From IMG/VR virus record IMGVR_UViG_2698536401_000014: DNA of 26,367 nt, one strand, 5' to 3'. Position 1 is the first letter of the stretch. Each line of letters begins with the position of its first letter. The notes under the pieces are model-generated. The model was not told where the DNA came from. It searched no databases and worked only from the letters and a program-made list of their open reading frames with translations. Source of the DNA: a virus. Taxonomy: Duplodnaviria; Heunggongvirae; Uroviricota; Caudoviricetes. This document shows positions 17,859 to 26,367 of the stretch, one piece after another. Position numbers and translations under genes: made by a program.

Positions 17859-18914
17859 ATGAAGAAGAATACCCGCTTTGCTTTTAACGCTTACCTGCAG
17901 CAGCTGGCGCGTCTGAACGGTGTGGCAGTTGAAGAACTGTCCAGCAAGTTTACTGTAGAGCCGTCTGTGCAGCAGACGCTGGAAGACCAGATCCAGCAGT
18001 CCGCCGCATTCCTGACGCTGATTAACGTCACGCCAGTGACTGAGCAGTCTGGTCAGTTGCTGGGGCTGGGTGTTGGCAGCACCATTGCCGGAACCACTGA
18101 TACCACCACAAAAGAGCGTGAGCCTGTCGATCCGACGCTGATGGTCGATGTGGAATATAAATGCGAGCAGACCAACTTTGACACGGTGCTGACCTACGCG
18201 AAGCTGGACCTGTGGGCGAAGTTTCAGGATTTCCAGGTGCGTATCCGTGACGCCATCGTGAAACGTCAGGCACTGGACCGCATCATGATCGGCTTTAACG
18301 GCGTGAAGCGTGCGAAAACCTCCAACCGCAGCGAAAACCCGCTGCTGCAGGATGTGAATAAAGGCTGGCTACAGAAAATCCGTGAGGATGCACCGGATCA
18401 CGTCATGGGCAGCACCACCACGGGCGGTGAAACCACACCGGGCGCGGTGAAAGTCGGTAAAGGTGGCGAATATGCCAACTTGGACGCCGTGGTGATGGAT
18501 GCCGTTAATGAGCTTATCGACGTGGTCTACCAGGACGATGACGATCTGGTGGTGATTTGCGGTCGTGAACTGTTGTCTGATAAGTATTTCCCGCTGGTCA
18601 ACAAAGAGCAGGAAAACAGTGAAAAACTGGCTGCCGATATGATCATCAGCCAGAAACGCATGGGTGGCCTGCAGGCCGTGCGTGCGCCATTCTTCCCGCC
18701 GAATGCGCTGCTGATCACCCGTCTGGATAACCTGTCCATCTACTGGCAGGAAGACACCCGCCGCCGTTCAGTTATCGACAACCCGAAACGTGACCGGATT
18801 GAAAACTTTGAATCCGTTAACGAAGCCTATGTGGTTGAGGACTACCGCTGCGCAGCACTGGTGGAAAACATCCAGATTGGCGACTTCAGCGTCGCCGTAG
18901 AAGCCGGAGCATAA
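17859..18914 (+). CDS. N: Major capsid protein (P2 gpN-like)
   Basis: 351 aa. Extensive match to recalled P2 gpN (TRFAFNAYL...KFTVEPSVQQTL...KGGEYANLDAVVMDA...VNKEQENSEKLAADMIISQKR). Confidence 0.9.
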   Translation: MKKNTRFAFNAYLQQLARLNGVAVEELSSKFTVEPSVQQTLEDQIQQSAAFLTLINVTPVTEQSGQLLGLGVGSTIAGTTDTTTKEREPVDPTLMVDVEYKCEQTNFDTVLTYAKLDLWAKFQDFQVRIRDAIVKRQALDRIMIGFNGVKRAKTSNRSENPLLQDVNKGWLQKIREDAPDHVMGSTTTGGETTPGAVKVGKGGEYANLDAVVMDAVNELIDVVYQDDDDLVVICGRELLSDKYFPLVNKEQENSEKLAADMIISQKRMGGLQAVRAPFFPPNALLITRLDNLSIYWQEDTRRRSVIDNPKRDRIENFESVNEAYVVEDYRCAALVENIQIGDFSVAVEAGA

Positions 18915-18917
18915 ACC

Positions 18918-19568
18918 ATGAGCCTGAGTCCCGCACGGCAGCATCGCCTGCGCGTTCAGGCTGAACAGGCCGCCCGTGAGGGCGGCAGTGTTCGCCACGC
19001 GTCGGGCTATGACCTGATGCTGCTGCAACTGGCGGAAGACCGCCGCCGTCTCAAGGGCGTTCAGTCCACGGTGAAAAAAGCGGAAATCAAGGTGGAGCTG
19101 CTGCCGAAATATGCCGCCTGGGCGGAGGGCGTCCTGGCTGCCGGAGGCGCTCAACAGGATGACGTGCTGATGTACGTGATGCTGTGGCGCATTGATGCCG
19201 GAGATTATGCCGGGGCGCTGGAGATTGGGCGTCATGCCCTGCGTCATGGCTGGGTGATGCCGCTGGGTAACCGCAACGTGCAGACCGTGCTGGCAGAGGA
19301 AATGGCAGATGCCGCGCAGAGCGCAATGCTTGCCGCCACCGGCTTTGATGCCGATCTGTTGCTGCAGACGCTGGAGCTGACAGACGGTCTGGATATGCCG
19401 GACCAGTCACGGGCGCGTCTGCATAAAGCGATTGGCGCGGTCCTGAGTGAAAGCAATCCGGCTTCCGCCCTTAATCATCTCAACCATGCGTTACAGCTCG
19501 ATCCCCGCTGTGGCGTGAAAAAAGACAAACAGCAGCTGGAGCGCAGACTGCGCAATGACAGCCGCTGA
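18918..19568 (+). CDS. M: Terminase small/endonuclease subunit (P2 gpM-like)
   Basis: 216 aa, immediately after the capsid gene, in conserved O-N-M-L order. Confidence 0.8.
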   Translation: MSLSPARQHRLRVQAEQAAREGGSVRHASGYDLMLLQLAEDRRRLKGVQSTVKKAEIKVELLPKYAAWAEGVLAAGGAQQDDVLMYVMLWRIDAGDYAGALEIGRHALRHGWVMPLGNRNVQTVLAEEMADAAQSAMLAATGFDADLLLQTLELTDGLDMPDQSRARLHKAIGAVLSESNPASALNHLNHALQLDPRCGVKKDKQQLERRLRNDSR

Positions 19569-19663
19569 CAGAACGTGCCCCCGCGCACGGGCGGCACGGG
19601 GTGGCGAAAGGCACAGCCACATCAAAACCCCGTCCACCGCCCTCTATTTCAGGAGAAAGCAGC

Positions 19664-20128
19664 ATGAAGTTTGTTGCGCCAGAACAGGCACCGGAACAGG
19701 CGGAAATCATCAGAAATACGCCGTTCTGGCCTGATGTGGACCTGTCGGAGTTTCGCAGTGTCATGCGCACTGACGGCACGGTGACGCAGCCGCGTTTAAA
19801 GCAGGTTGCCCTGTCGGCAATTTCGGAGGTCAACGCAGAGTTGTATGAGTTTCGCAGACGTCAGCAGATGCTGGGGTATGCGTCGCTGGCTGAGGTTCCG
19901 GCGGAACAGCTGGACGGCAAAAGTGAGCGCATTCATCACTATTTCAACGCGGTTTACTGCTGGGCACGCGCCATGCTCAATGAGCGTTATCAGGACTATG
20001 ACGCCACGGCGTCCGGTGTGAAGCGGGGCGAGGAACAGGCGGAAGCAAGCGGTGATTTGTGGCGTGACGCCCGCTGGGCCATCAGCCGGGTACAGGATGC
20101 GCCGCACTGCACAGTGGAGCTTATCTGA
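19664..20128 (+). CDS. L: Head completion/stabilisation protein (P2 gpL-like)
   Basis: 154 aa starting MKFVAPEQ with AGGAGA ribosome-binding site. Synteny with P2 L. Confidence 0.75.
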   Translation: MKFVAPEQAPEQAEIIRNTPFWPDVDLSEFRSVMRTDGTVTQPRLKQVALSAISEVNAELYEFRRRQQMLGYASLAEVPAEQLDGKSERIHHYFNAVYCWARAMLNERYQDYDATASGVKRGEEQAEASGDLWRDARWAISRVQDAPHCTVELI

Positions 20129-20331
20129 TGAAAGTGCGTGCGCATCAGTATGACACGGTGGACGCGCTTTGCTGGCGTCATTACGGGCGCACGCAGGGTG
20201 TCACGGAGCAGGTACTGAAGGCAAATCCGGGGCTTGCCGAATATGGCCCCTTTTTACCTCACGGGCTGCAGGTGGAGCTGCCGGACATTCCGACCACCAC
20301 CACCGTGCAGACCGTCCAGCTATGGGACTGA
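20128..20331 (+). CDS. X: Tail protein X (P2 gpX-like)
   Basis: 67 aa, identical in length to P2 X. ATGA coupling to L. Confidence 0.7.
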   Translation: MKVRAHQYDTVDALCWRHYGRTQGVTEQVLKANPGLAEYGPFLPHGLQVELPDIPTTTTVQTVQLWD

Positions 20332-20334
20332 ATT

Positions 20335-20550
20335 ATGACGCTTGAGCGAATCAGCGCCTTTATCACGTACTGCATCGCCGTTGTGCTGGCCTGGCTGGGC
20401 GATTTGTCCATCAAGGATGCCTCAACGCTGGGCGGCCTGATGATTGGTGTGCTGATGCTGGCTATCAACTGGTACTACAAACACAAAGCCTACCAGCTTC
20501 TGCGCGACGGGCAGATCTCGCGGGAGGACTATGAATCCATCAATCGTTAA
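20335..20550 (+). CDS. Holin (probable pinholin, two TMDs)
   Basis: 71 aa with two hydrophobic segments (ISAFITYCIAVVLAWL and LGGLMIGVLMLAINWYY) and a charged C-terminus, immediately upstream of the endolysin. Confidence 0.7.
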   Translation: MTLERISAFITYCIAVVLAWLGDLSIKDASTLGGLMIGVLMLAINWYYKHKAYQLLRDGQISREDYESINR

Positions 20551-21043
20551 ACGCTGCCTTGTCGGGGCCGTGCTGGCTATTGCTGCCACGCTGCCGGGTT
20601 TTCAGCAGCTTCACACCTCCGTGGAGGGGCTGAAACTGATTGCCGATTACGAAGGCTGTCGTCTGCAGCCGTATCAGTGCAGCGCGGGTGTCTGGACCGA
20701 CGGCATTGGTAATACATCTGGCGTCATTCCAGGCAAAACCATTACGGAACGACAGGCAGCAGAAGGGCTGATCTCCAACGTGCTACGTGTGGAGCGGGCG
20801 CTGGAAAGATGTGTGAAGCAACAGCCGCCACAAAAGGTGTATGACTCGGTGGTGTCGTTTGCCTTCAACGTGGGAACGGGCAATGCCTGCAGTTCCACGC
20901 TGGTGAAATTACTCAATCAGCGGCGCTGGGCGGATGCGTGCCGACAGTTGCCGCGCTGGGTTTATGTAAAAGGTGTGTTTAATCAGGGGCTGGATAACCG
21001 CCGTGCGCGGGAGATGGCCTGGTGTTTACAGGGAGCAAACTGA
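20531..21043 (+). CDS. SAR endolysin (phage lysozyme, GH24-like)
   Basis: 170 aa. N-terminal signal-anchor-release-like segment (CLVGAVLAIAATLPG), then lysozyme catalytic region (DYEGC...GVWTDGIGNT). Confidence 0.8.
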   Translation: MNPSIVKRCLVGAVLAIAATLPGFQQLHTSVEGLKLIADYEGCRLQPYQCSAGVWTDGIGNTSGVIPGKTITERQAAEGLISNVLRVERALERCVKQQPPQKVYDSVVSFAFNVGTGNACSSTLVKLLNQRRWADACRQLPRWVYVKGVFNQGLDNRRAREMAWCLQGAN

Positions 21044-21044
21044 A

Positions 21045-21422
21045 ATGAAAAAGAAATTAATCAGCGGGCTGTTTCTGATGTTATGGATGGCGCTGTTAAT
21101 CGCCGCAATGGTGTATCCGCAGGGGATTTTTCCGGTACTGGCAGCGTCCGGCGTTTGGGTAGCCTGTTTGCTGACATGGGCGGTAATTCCGGTAGCACTG
21201 GCTGCGTTAATTAAGAATGGCCCGCTCTGGCAGGAGTTGAGGGCATCTTTGCTGAAGACAATTACCCGAAAAGAAAACGTATTTATCAGCTGGGTGATGC
21301 GATTGCTGATTGTCGTAAGTCTCGCCTGGACGGAATGGGCTATTACCCTGGTCTTTTATCTACTGACCGTTATTGCCTTCTGGATCACCCGTAATCAGAT
21401 GGCGCAACAGGTAGCAGCATGA
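21045..21422 (+). CDS. Lysis accessory membrane protein (LysA-like, multi-TM)
   Basis: 125 aa with about four hydrophobic helices, between the endolysin and the spanins. Confidence 0.55.
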   Translation: MKKKLISGLFLMLWMALLIAAMVYPQGIFPVLAASGVWVACLLTWAVIPVALAALIKNGPLWQELRASLLKTITRKENVFISWVMRLLIVVSLAWTEWAITLVFYLLTVIAFWITRNQMAQQVAA

Positions 21423-21847
21423 ACCGGTTGCTGCTGGGTGTGCTGGCGTTATTACTGGCGGCGCTGGGCTGGCAGACGTGGCGGCTGGCTGATGCCAGCC
21501 AGACCATCAGCACGCAGGCAGACGAGCTGCAGAGCAAAAGCCAGGCGCTGGCAAAGAGCAACAACCAGCTTATCAGCCTGTCCATTCTGACTGAAACTAA
21601 CAACCGGGAGCAGGCGCGGCTCTATGCCGAAGCAGAACAGACCAGTGCACTGCTGAGACAACGACAACACCGGATTGAGGAACTGAAACGTGAGAACGAG
21701 GATTTACGCCGCTGGGCTGATACTCCTTTGCCTGCTGACATTATCCGGCTGCGAAAACGTCCGGCATTCACCGGAGGTGCAGCTTACCGTCAGTGGTTGT
21801 CCGCGAGTGACGCCGTGTCGGCTGGAGCAGGTAGCACCGCGCACTAA
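21419..21847 (+). CDS. lysB: i-spanin (LysB/Rz-like)
   Basis: 142 aa. N-terminal TM (LLLGVLALLLAALGW), then coiled-coil-rich periplasmic region. ATGA overlap with the preceding gene. Confidence 0.7.
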   Translation: MNRLLLGVLALLLAALGWQTWRLADASQTISTQADELQSKSQALAKSNNQLISLSILTETNNREQARLYAEAEQTSALLRQRQHRIEELKRENEDLRRWADTPLPADIIRLRKRPAFTGGAAYRQWLSASDAVSAGAGSTAH

Positions 21848-21980
21848 CGGTGATCTGAATGCGTTGCTGGATGAAACGGAGGCCGCCTGGGCGATCTGTG
21901 CAGACAAAGTGGACATGATTATTGCGTGTCAGGAGCGAAACAGTGAACAAACCACAATCCCTGCGCCACGCCCTCAATAA
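21690..21980 (+). CDS. lysC: o-spanin (LysC/Rz1-like lipoprotein), partly embedded in lysB in another frame
   Basis: 96 aa. Signal peptide with lipobox LTLSGC, Pro-rich C-terminus. GTG start with GAGGAA ribosome-binding site. Overlaps the 3' end of lysB out of frame. Confidence 0.6.
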   Translation: MRTRIYAAGLILLCLLTLSGCENVRHSPEVQLTVSGCPRVTPCRLEQVAPRTNGDLNALLDETEAAWAICADKVDMIIACQERNSEQTTIPAPRPQ

Positions 21981-22374
21981 AGCGGTGCCTTATGTCCGCA
22001 ATAACCCGGACAAACTGCATCTGTTTGTGGATAACGGTTCGCTGGTTGCCACGGGGGCCAGCTCCATGTCATGGGAGTACCGCTACACCCTGAACGTGGT
22101 GATTGAGGATTTCAGCGGCGACCAGAATCTGCTGATGGCCCCGGTTTTGCTGTGGCTGCGTGATAACCAGCCCGATGCCATCAATAACCCGGCGTTACGG
22201 GAAAAGCTATTCACCTTTGAGGTGGATATTCTGCGCAACGATGTCTGTGATATCAGCCTCAACCTGCAACTGACGGAGCGTGTGCTGGTCAGCACTGACG
22301 GCAGTGTGTCGAGCGTTGAAGCTATAGCGGAACCTGATGAACCTGAAGAAATGTGGACGGTGAAACGTGGCTGA
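21943..22374 (+). CDS. R: Tail completion protein (P2 gpR-like)
   Basis: 143 aa. PQSLRHALNKAV...FVDNGS...YTLNVVIEDFSGD...LWLRDNQPD matches recalled P2 gpR. GTG start with AGGAG ribosome-binding site. Confidence 0.8.
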   Translation: MNKPQSLRHALNKAVPYVRNNPDKLHLFVDNGSLVATGASSMSWEYRYTLNVVIEDFSGDQNLLMAPVLLWLRDNQPDAINNPALREKLFTFEVDILRNDVCDISLNLQLTERVLVSTDGSVSSVEAIAEPDEPEEMWTVKRG

Positions 22375-22813
22375 ACTGCAGAAAGTGGACGACTGGCTGA
22401 GTGCCTTGCTGGCGAATCTGGAGCCAGCCGCAAGAAGCCGCATGATGCGCCAGCTGGCGCAGGAACTACGCCGGACACAGCAGCAAAATATCAGAATGCA
22501 GCGCAATCCAGATGGCAGCAGTTATGAACCGCGACGGGTAACAGCACGCAGTAAAAAAGGCCGTATCAAACGTCAGATGTTTGCAAAGCTGCGCACCACA
22601 AAATACCTGAAAACTTCCGCCAGCGCCGACTCTGCCAGCGTGCAGTTTGAAGGCAAGGTACAGCGCATTGCCCGTGTTCATCACTACGGCTTACGTGATC
22701 GCGTCAGCCACAAAGGACCGGAGGTCCGTTACGCAGAGCGTCGCCTTCTGGGTGTAAATGATGATGTTGAGGCAATGACCCGCGACATGATTCTGCAATG
22801 GCTGGCGGGGTGA
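22367..22813 (+). CDS. S: Tail completion / virion morphogenesis protein (P2 gpS-like)
   Basis: 148 aa. Overlaps the R stop. Synteny. Confidence 0.75.
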   Translation: MAELQKVDDWLSALLANLEPAARSRMMRQLAQELRRTQQQNIRMQRNPDGSSYEPRRVTARSKKGRIKRQMFAKLRTTKYLKTSASADSASVQFEGKVQRIARVHHYGLRDRVSHKGPEVRYAERRLLGVNDDVEAMTRDMILQWLAG

Positions 22814-22817
22814 TTTT

Positions 22818-22835
22818 TGTATCAGCACTGATACA
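22818..22835. promoter_or_regulatory. Late promoter activator site (TGT-N12-ACA) upstream of V
   Basis: TGTATCAGCACTGATACA is a near-perfect dyad (TTGTATCAG.CTGATACAA) centred about 55 bp upstream of the gpV start region, matching the P2-type Ogr-dependent late promoter layout. Confidence 0.55.
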
Positions 22836-22881
22836 AGTTGCAGCACTGCCGCCTTTCTTCCCCTGATGGCAACCTTTCCCT

Positions 22882-23460
22882 ATGAACGCACAATTAACCG
22901 AAATCATGCGCCTTATCACCAACCTGATCCGCACTGGGGTAGTCACCGAAGTGGACAGGACAAACTGGCTTTGCCGGGTGAAAACGGGCGACCTTGAAAC
23001 CAACTGGATCAGCTGGCTGACGCTGCGTGCCGGGAATGCCCGGACATGGTGGCGACCATCGGAAGGTGAGCAGGTGGTGCTGCTGAGTATGGGCGGTAAT
23101 CTGGAAACAGCTTTTGCGCTGCCCGCCATCTATTCGAATCAGTTCGCACCACCGTCGACGTCGGCGGACGCCTGCGTGACAGAACATCCTGACGGTGGCT
23201 GGTTTGAATACGAACCTGCCACCGGGCGCTGGTATGTCAGGGGCATCAAATCCATGGTCATTGAGGCTGCCGATAACATCACCCTGAAAACCAGTGAGTT
23301 TGTGCTGGAGGCTGAGTGCACGCGTATTAACAGCGAAGTGGTGGTCAATGGTGGCGTTACTCAGGGCGGCGGAGCGATGAGTTCTAACGGGATCGTGGTT
23401 GATGCGCATCAGCATACTGGCGTCCTGAAAGGCGGCGATGCAACCGGAGGCCCGGTATGA
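22882..23460 (+). CDS. V: Baseplate spike/assembly protein (P2 gpV-like)
   Basis: 192 aa. Position after the late promoter, followed by W, J, I, H. Confidence 0.8.
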   Translation: MNAQLTEIMRLITNLIRTGVVTEVDRTNWLCRVKTGDLETNWISWLTLRAGNARTWWRPSEGEQVVLLSMGGNLETAFALPAIYSNQFAPPSTSADACVTEHPDGGWFEYEPATGRWYVRGIKSMVIEAADNITLKTSEFVLEAECTRINSEVVVNGGVTQGGGAMSSNGIVVDAHQHTGVLKGGDATGGPV

Positions 23461-23816
23461 CGCTTTATAGCGGGATGAACAATACCAGCGGTAAAGCCAT
23501 TACTGATATTGACCATCTGCGCCAGTCGGTGCGGGACATTTTGCTGACGCCGCAGGGTAGCCGCATTGCCCGTCGGGAATATGGTTCCCTGCTGTCGGCA
23601 CTGATAGACCAGCCACAAAATCCGGCATTACGCCTGCAGGTCATGTCGGCAGTGTATGTGGCGCTGAGTCGCTGGGAGCCACGGCTGACGCTGGATTCCA
23701 TCACCATTAACAGCAATTTTGACGGTTCAATGGTGGTGGAGCTGACCGGGCGGCGTAATAACGGTGTGCCTGTTTCCCTTTCCGTATCAACAGGAGCAGA
23801 GAATGGCAGTGATTGA
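23457..23816 (+). CDS. W: Baseplate protein (P2 gpW-like)
   Basis: 119 aa. ATGA coupling to V. Synteny and size (recalled P2 W is about 115 aa). Confidence 0.8.
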   Translation: MTLYSGMNNTSGKAITDIDHLRQSVRDILLTPQGSRIARREYGSLLSALIDQPQNPALRLQVMSAVYVALSRWEPRLTLDSITINSNFDGSMVVELTGRRNNGVPVSLSVSTGAENGSD

Positions 23817-24711
23817 CCTTTCGCAGTTGCCTGCGCCGCAGATTGTGGATGTGCCGGACTTTGAGACGCTGCTTGCCGAACGCAAGGCCGAATTTGTTGC
23901 GCTTCATCCGAAAGATGAGCAGGAAGCAGTGATCCGCACGCTGGAACTGGAATCTGAACCCGTCACCAAATTGCTTCAGGAGAACGCTTACCGTGAGTTG
24001 CTTCTGCGCCAGCGCATTAACGAAGCCGCGCATGCTGTGATGGTGGCTTACGCGATGGGCGGCGATCTTGACCAGCTCGCTGCCAACTACAACGTGAAAC
24101 GCCTGACGGTGACGCCTGCTGATAATGACGCTGTGCCACCCGTTGCGGCTGTGATGGAAAGCGATGAAGCGTTACGCCTGCGTGTGCCTGCGGCTTTTGA
24201 AGGGCTTTCGGTTGCGGGGCCAACCGCAGCTTATGAATTTCATGCCCGAAGCGCCGACGGTCGGGTGGCGGATGCCAGTGCAACCAGCCCGGCACCTGCA
24301 GAGGTGGTGCTTACGGTCCTAAGCCGTGAAGGCGACGGAACAGCAGAAAAAGACCTGCTGGACGTGGTGGAAAAAGCTCTGAACAGTGAGAACGTTCGCC
24401 CGGTGGCTGACCGTCTGACGGTTCGCAGCGCAGAAATCATCCCGTATCGCGTGGAAGCCACCATTTTTCTCTATCCGGGGCCGGAAGCAGAGCCGGTAAT
24501 GGCAGCGGCAAAAGCCAGCCTGCAGAAATACATCGCCAGTCAGACGCGGCTTGGTAGGGATATTCGCCGTAGCGCCATCTTTGCCGCCCTGCATGTTGAG
24601 GGTGTGCAGCGTGTGGAGCTGGCTTCGCCGCTGGCGGATGTGGTTTTGAACAAAACGCAGGCGGCATCATGTACGGAGTGGAGCGTGACCAACGGGGGAA
24701 CGGATGAATAG
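23803..24711 (+). CDS. J: Baseplate assembly protein (P2 gpJ-like)
   Basis: 302 aa from ATG 23803 (MAVIDLSQLP...). Size matches recalled P2 J. Overlaps the W stop. Confidence 0.8.
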   Translation: MAVIDLSQLPAPQIVDVPDFETLLAERKAEFVALHPKDEQEAVIRTLELESEPVTKLLQENAYRELLLRQRINEAAHAVMVAYAMGGDLDQLAANYNVKRLTVTPADNDAVPPVAAVMESDEALRLRVPAAFEGLSVAGPTAAYEFHARSADGRVADASATSPAPAEVVLTVLSREGDGTAEKDLLDVVEKALNSENVRPVADRLTVRSAEIIPYRVEATIFLYPGPEAEPVMAAAKASLQKYIASQTRLGRDIRRSAIFAALHVEGVQRVELASPLADVVLNKTQAASCTEWSVTNGGTDE

Positions 24712-25309
24712 TCTGCTGCCATCGGGGTCAACTTCACTGGAGCGCCGACTGGCGCAAACGTGCAGCGGGATTTCTGATCTGCAGGTGTCGCTGCGTGACT
24801 TGTGGAATCCGGCTACCTGCCCGGTCAGCTTCCTGCCTTATCTCGCCTGGGCGTTCTCTGTGGATCGCTGGGACGAAGGCTGGACAGAAAGCGTCAAGCG
24901 CCAGGTGGTGAAGGATGCTTTTTATATTCATCAGCATAAAGGGACCACCAGTGCCGTGCGGCGGGTGGTGGAGCCGTTCGGCTTTCTGATCCGCATTATT
25001 GAGTGGTGGCAAACCGGAGAGGCACCGGGCACGTTTCGCCTGGATATCGGCGTGCAGGACCAGGGCATCACTGAAGATACCTATCTGGAACTTGAGCGAC
25101 TGATAAGCGATGCCAAACCATGTAGCCGCCACATGATCGGCATGTCCATCAATCTGCAGACCAGCGGCCCGTATTGGGTGGGAGCCGCCAGCTATCTTGG
25201 CGAAGAAATCACGATCTATCCGTATATCAACGAAACGATTATTTCCGGTGGCACCGCGCATGAAGGCGGGGCGGTCCATGTTATTGACACAATGAGAGTG
25301 AATCCATGA
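24704..25309 (+). CDS. I: Baseplate/tail protein (P2 gpI-like)
   Basis: 201 aa. Overlaps the J stop and the H start (ATGA). Confidence 0.75.
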   Translation: MNSLLPSGSTSLERRLAQTCSGISDLQVSLRDLWNPATCPVSFLPYLAWAFSVDRWDEGWTESVKRQVVKDAFYIHQHKGTTSAVRRVVEPFGFLIRIIEWWQTGEAPGTFRLDIGVQDQGITEDTYLELERLISDAKPCSRHMIGMSINLQTSGPYWVGAASYLGEEITIYPYINETIISGGTAHEGGAVHVIDTMRVNP

Positions 25310-26367
25310 GCACAAAATTTTATACCCTGCTGACGGATATTGGCGCGGCGAAACTTGCCAGCGCCGCCGCGCTCGGTGTGCCGCTAAAAATTACCCATAT
25401 GGCGGTGGGCGATGGCGGCGGAGTATTGCCAACGCCGGACGCAAAGCAGACGGCACTGGTAAATGAGAAACGCCGGGCTGCGCTGAATATGCTTTATATC
25501 GACCCGCAGAACAGTAGCCAGATTATTGCTGAACAGGTGATCCCTGAAAACGAGGGCGGTTGGTGGATACGTGAAGTGGGCCTGTTTGATGAGTCCGGGG
25601 CATTGATTGCCGTGGGAAACTGCCCGGAAAGCTATAAGCCGCAACTGGCTGAAGGCAGCGGGCGTACCCAGACCGTGCGCATGGTGCTGATTACCAGCAG
25701 CACGGACAATATCATCCTGAAAATCGACCCTGCTGTAGTGCTGGCAACCCGTAAATACGTGGATGATAAAGTCCTGGAATTAAAGCTGTATGTGGATGAC
25801 CAGATGAGAAACCACATTGCCGCACAAGATCCTCATACCCAGTATGCGCAGAAACATAATCCGACATTTACCGGAGAACCAAAAGCGCCGACGCCTGCAG
25901 CAGGAAATAACACCACTCGGATTGCGACCACAGAGTTTGTTCAGGCCGCTATTACTGCTCTGATTAACGGTGCGCCAGCCACGCTGGACACACTGAAAGA
26001 AATTGCCGCAGCCATTAACAATGACCCGAAATTCAGTACCACTCTTAATAATGCGCTGGCACTGAAAGCGCCGCTGTCGAGTCCGGCACTTACCGGAACG
26101 CCAACAGCACCTACTGCGGCACAGTCGGTCAACAATACACAGATTGCCACTACGGCTTTTGTGAAATCGGCGATTGCAGGAATGGTGGGTTCTGCACCTG
26201 CGGCACTGGATACATTGAACGAACTGGCGGCGGCGCTGGGGAATGACCCGAACTTTGCCACGACAATGCTTAATGCGCTGGCAGGTAAACAACCGCTGGA
26301 CAATACGCTGACTAATTTGAGTGGAAAGGATGTAGCTGGTCTTCTCGCATACCTTGGTTTGGGAGAA
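25306..26367 (+). CDS. H: Tail fibre protein (P2 gpH-like), 5' partial: runs off the window end
   Basis: Open frame to the end of the window. N-terminus MSTKFYTLLTDIGAAKLASAAALGVPLKITHMAVGDGGG and later LNELAAALGNDPNFATTM.NALAGKQP match recalled P2 gpH. Contains an internal tandem repeat of about 55 aa. Confidence 0.85.
   Translation, partial: MSTKFYTLLTDIGAAKLASAAALGVPLKITHMAVGDGGGVLPTPDAKQTALVNEKRRAALNMLYIDPQNSSQIIAEQVIPENEGGWWIREVGLFDESGALIAVGNCPESYKPQLAEGSGRTQTVRMVLITSSTDNIILKIDPAVVLATRKYVDDKVLELKLYVDDQMRNHIAAQDPHTQYAQKHNPTFTGEPKAPTPAAGNNTTRIATTEFVQAAITALINGAPATLDTLKEIAAAINNDPKFSTTLNNALALKAPLSSPALTGTPTAPTAAQSVNNTQIATTAFVKSAIAGMVGSAPAALDTLNELAAALGNDPNFATTMLNALAGKQPLDNTLTNLSGKDVAGLLAYLGLGE

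Noticed and set aside
25780-26303. Minus-strand ORFs of 170 and 120 aa overlapping the tail fibre gene
   Set aside because: Cys/Arg-rich or Ala/Ser-rich low-complexity translations antisense to the clearly homologous gpH frame; considered spurious.
1-26367. CRISPR arrays, tRNA/rRNA genes, IS elements
   Set aside because: No repeat-spacer periodicity, no tRNA-like cloverleaf candidates noticed, and no transposase-like ORFs or terminal inverted repeats. The attachment site and any target tRNA presumably lie beyond position 1.

Overview
This window is a large segment of a P2-family temperate prophage of the phage-186 type, in an enterobacterial-like background, running from the integrase to the start of the tail fibre gene. 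Left to right: integrase and a CI / Apl-like / CII immunity switch; an early operon with a TraR/DksA-type zinc finger protein, a Dam-type adenine methyltransferase and the rolling-circle replication initiator; a LexA-box-controlled SOS module with a DinI-family protein; then an accessory cargo region; then the conserved late region (portal, terminase, scaffold, capsid, lysis cassette, baseplate, tail fibre 5' part). The cargo region holds the most interesting content. On one side of a putative cos site is a leftward SIR2 + HerA operon, a recognisable anti-phage architecture. On the other side, between cos and the portal gene, is a strongly AT-rich, translationally coupled two-gene cassette: a 692-aa SF1 (UvrD-like) helicase/ATPase with an unrecognised N-terminal domain, plus a 209-aa protein with no recognisable motifs. 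I consider that cassette the best candidate for a poorly described or undescribed defence system. All calls rest on reading motifs and synteny by eye; no database searches were run.
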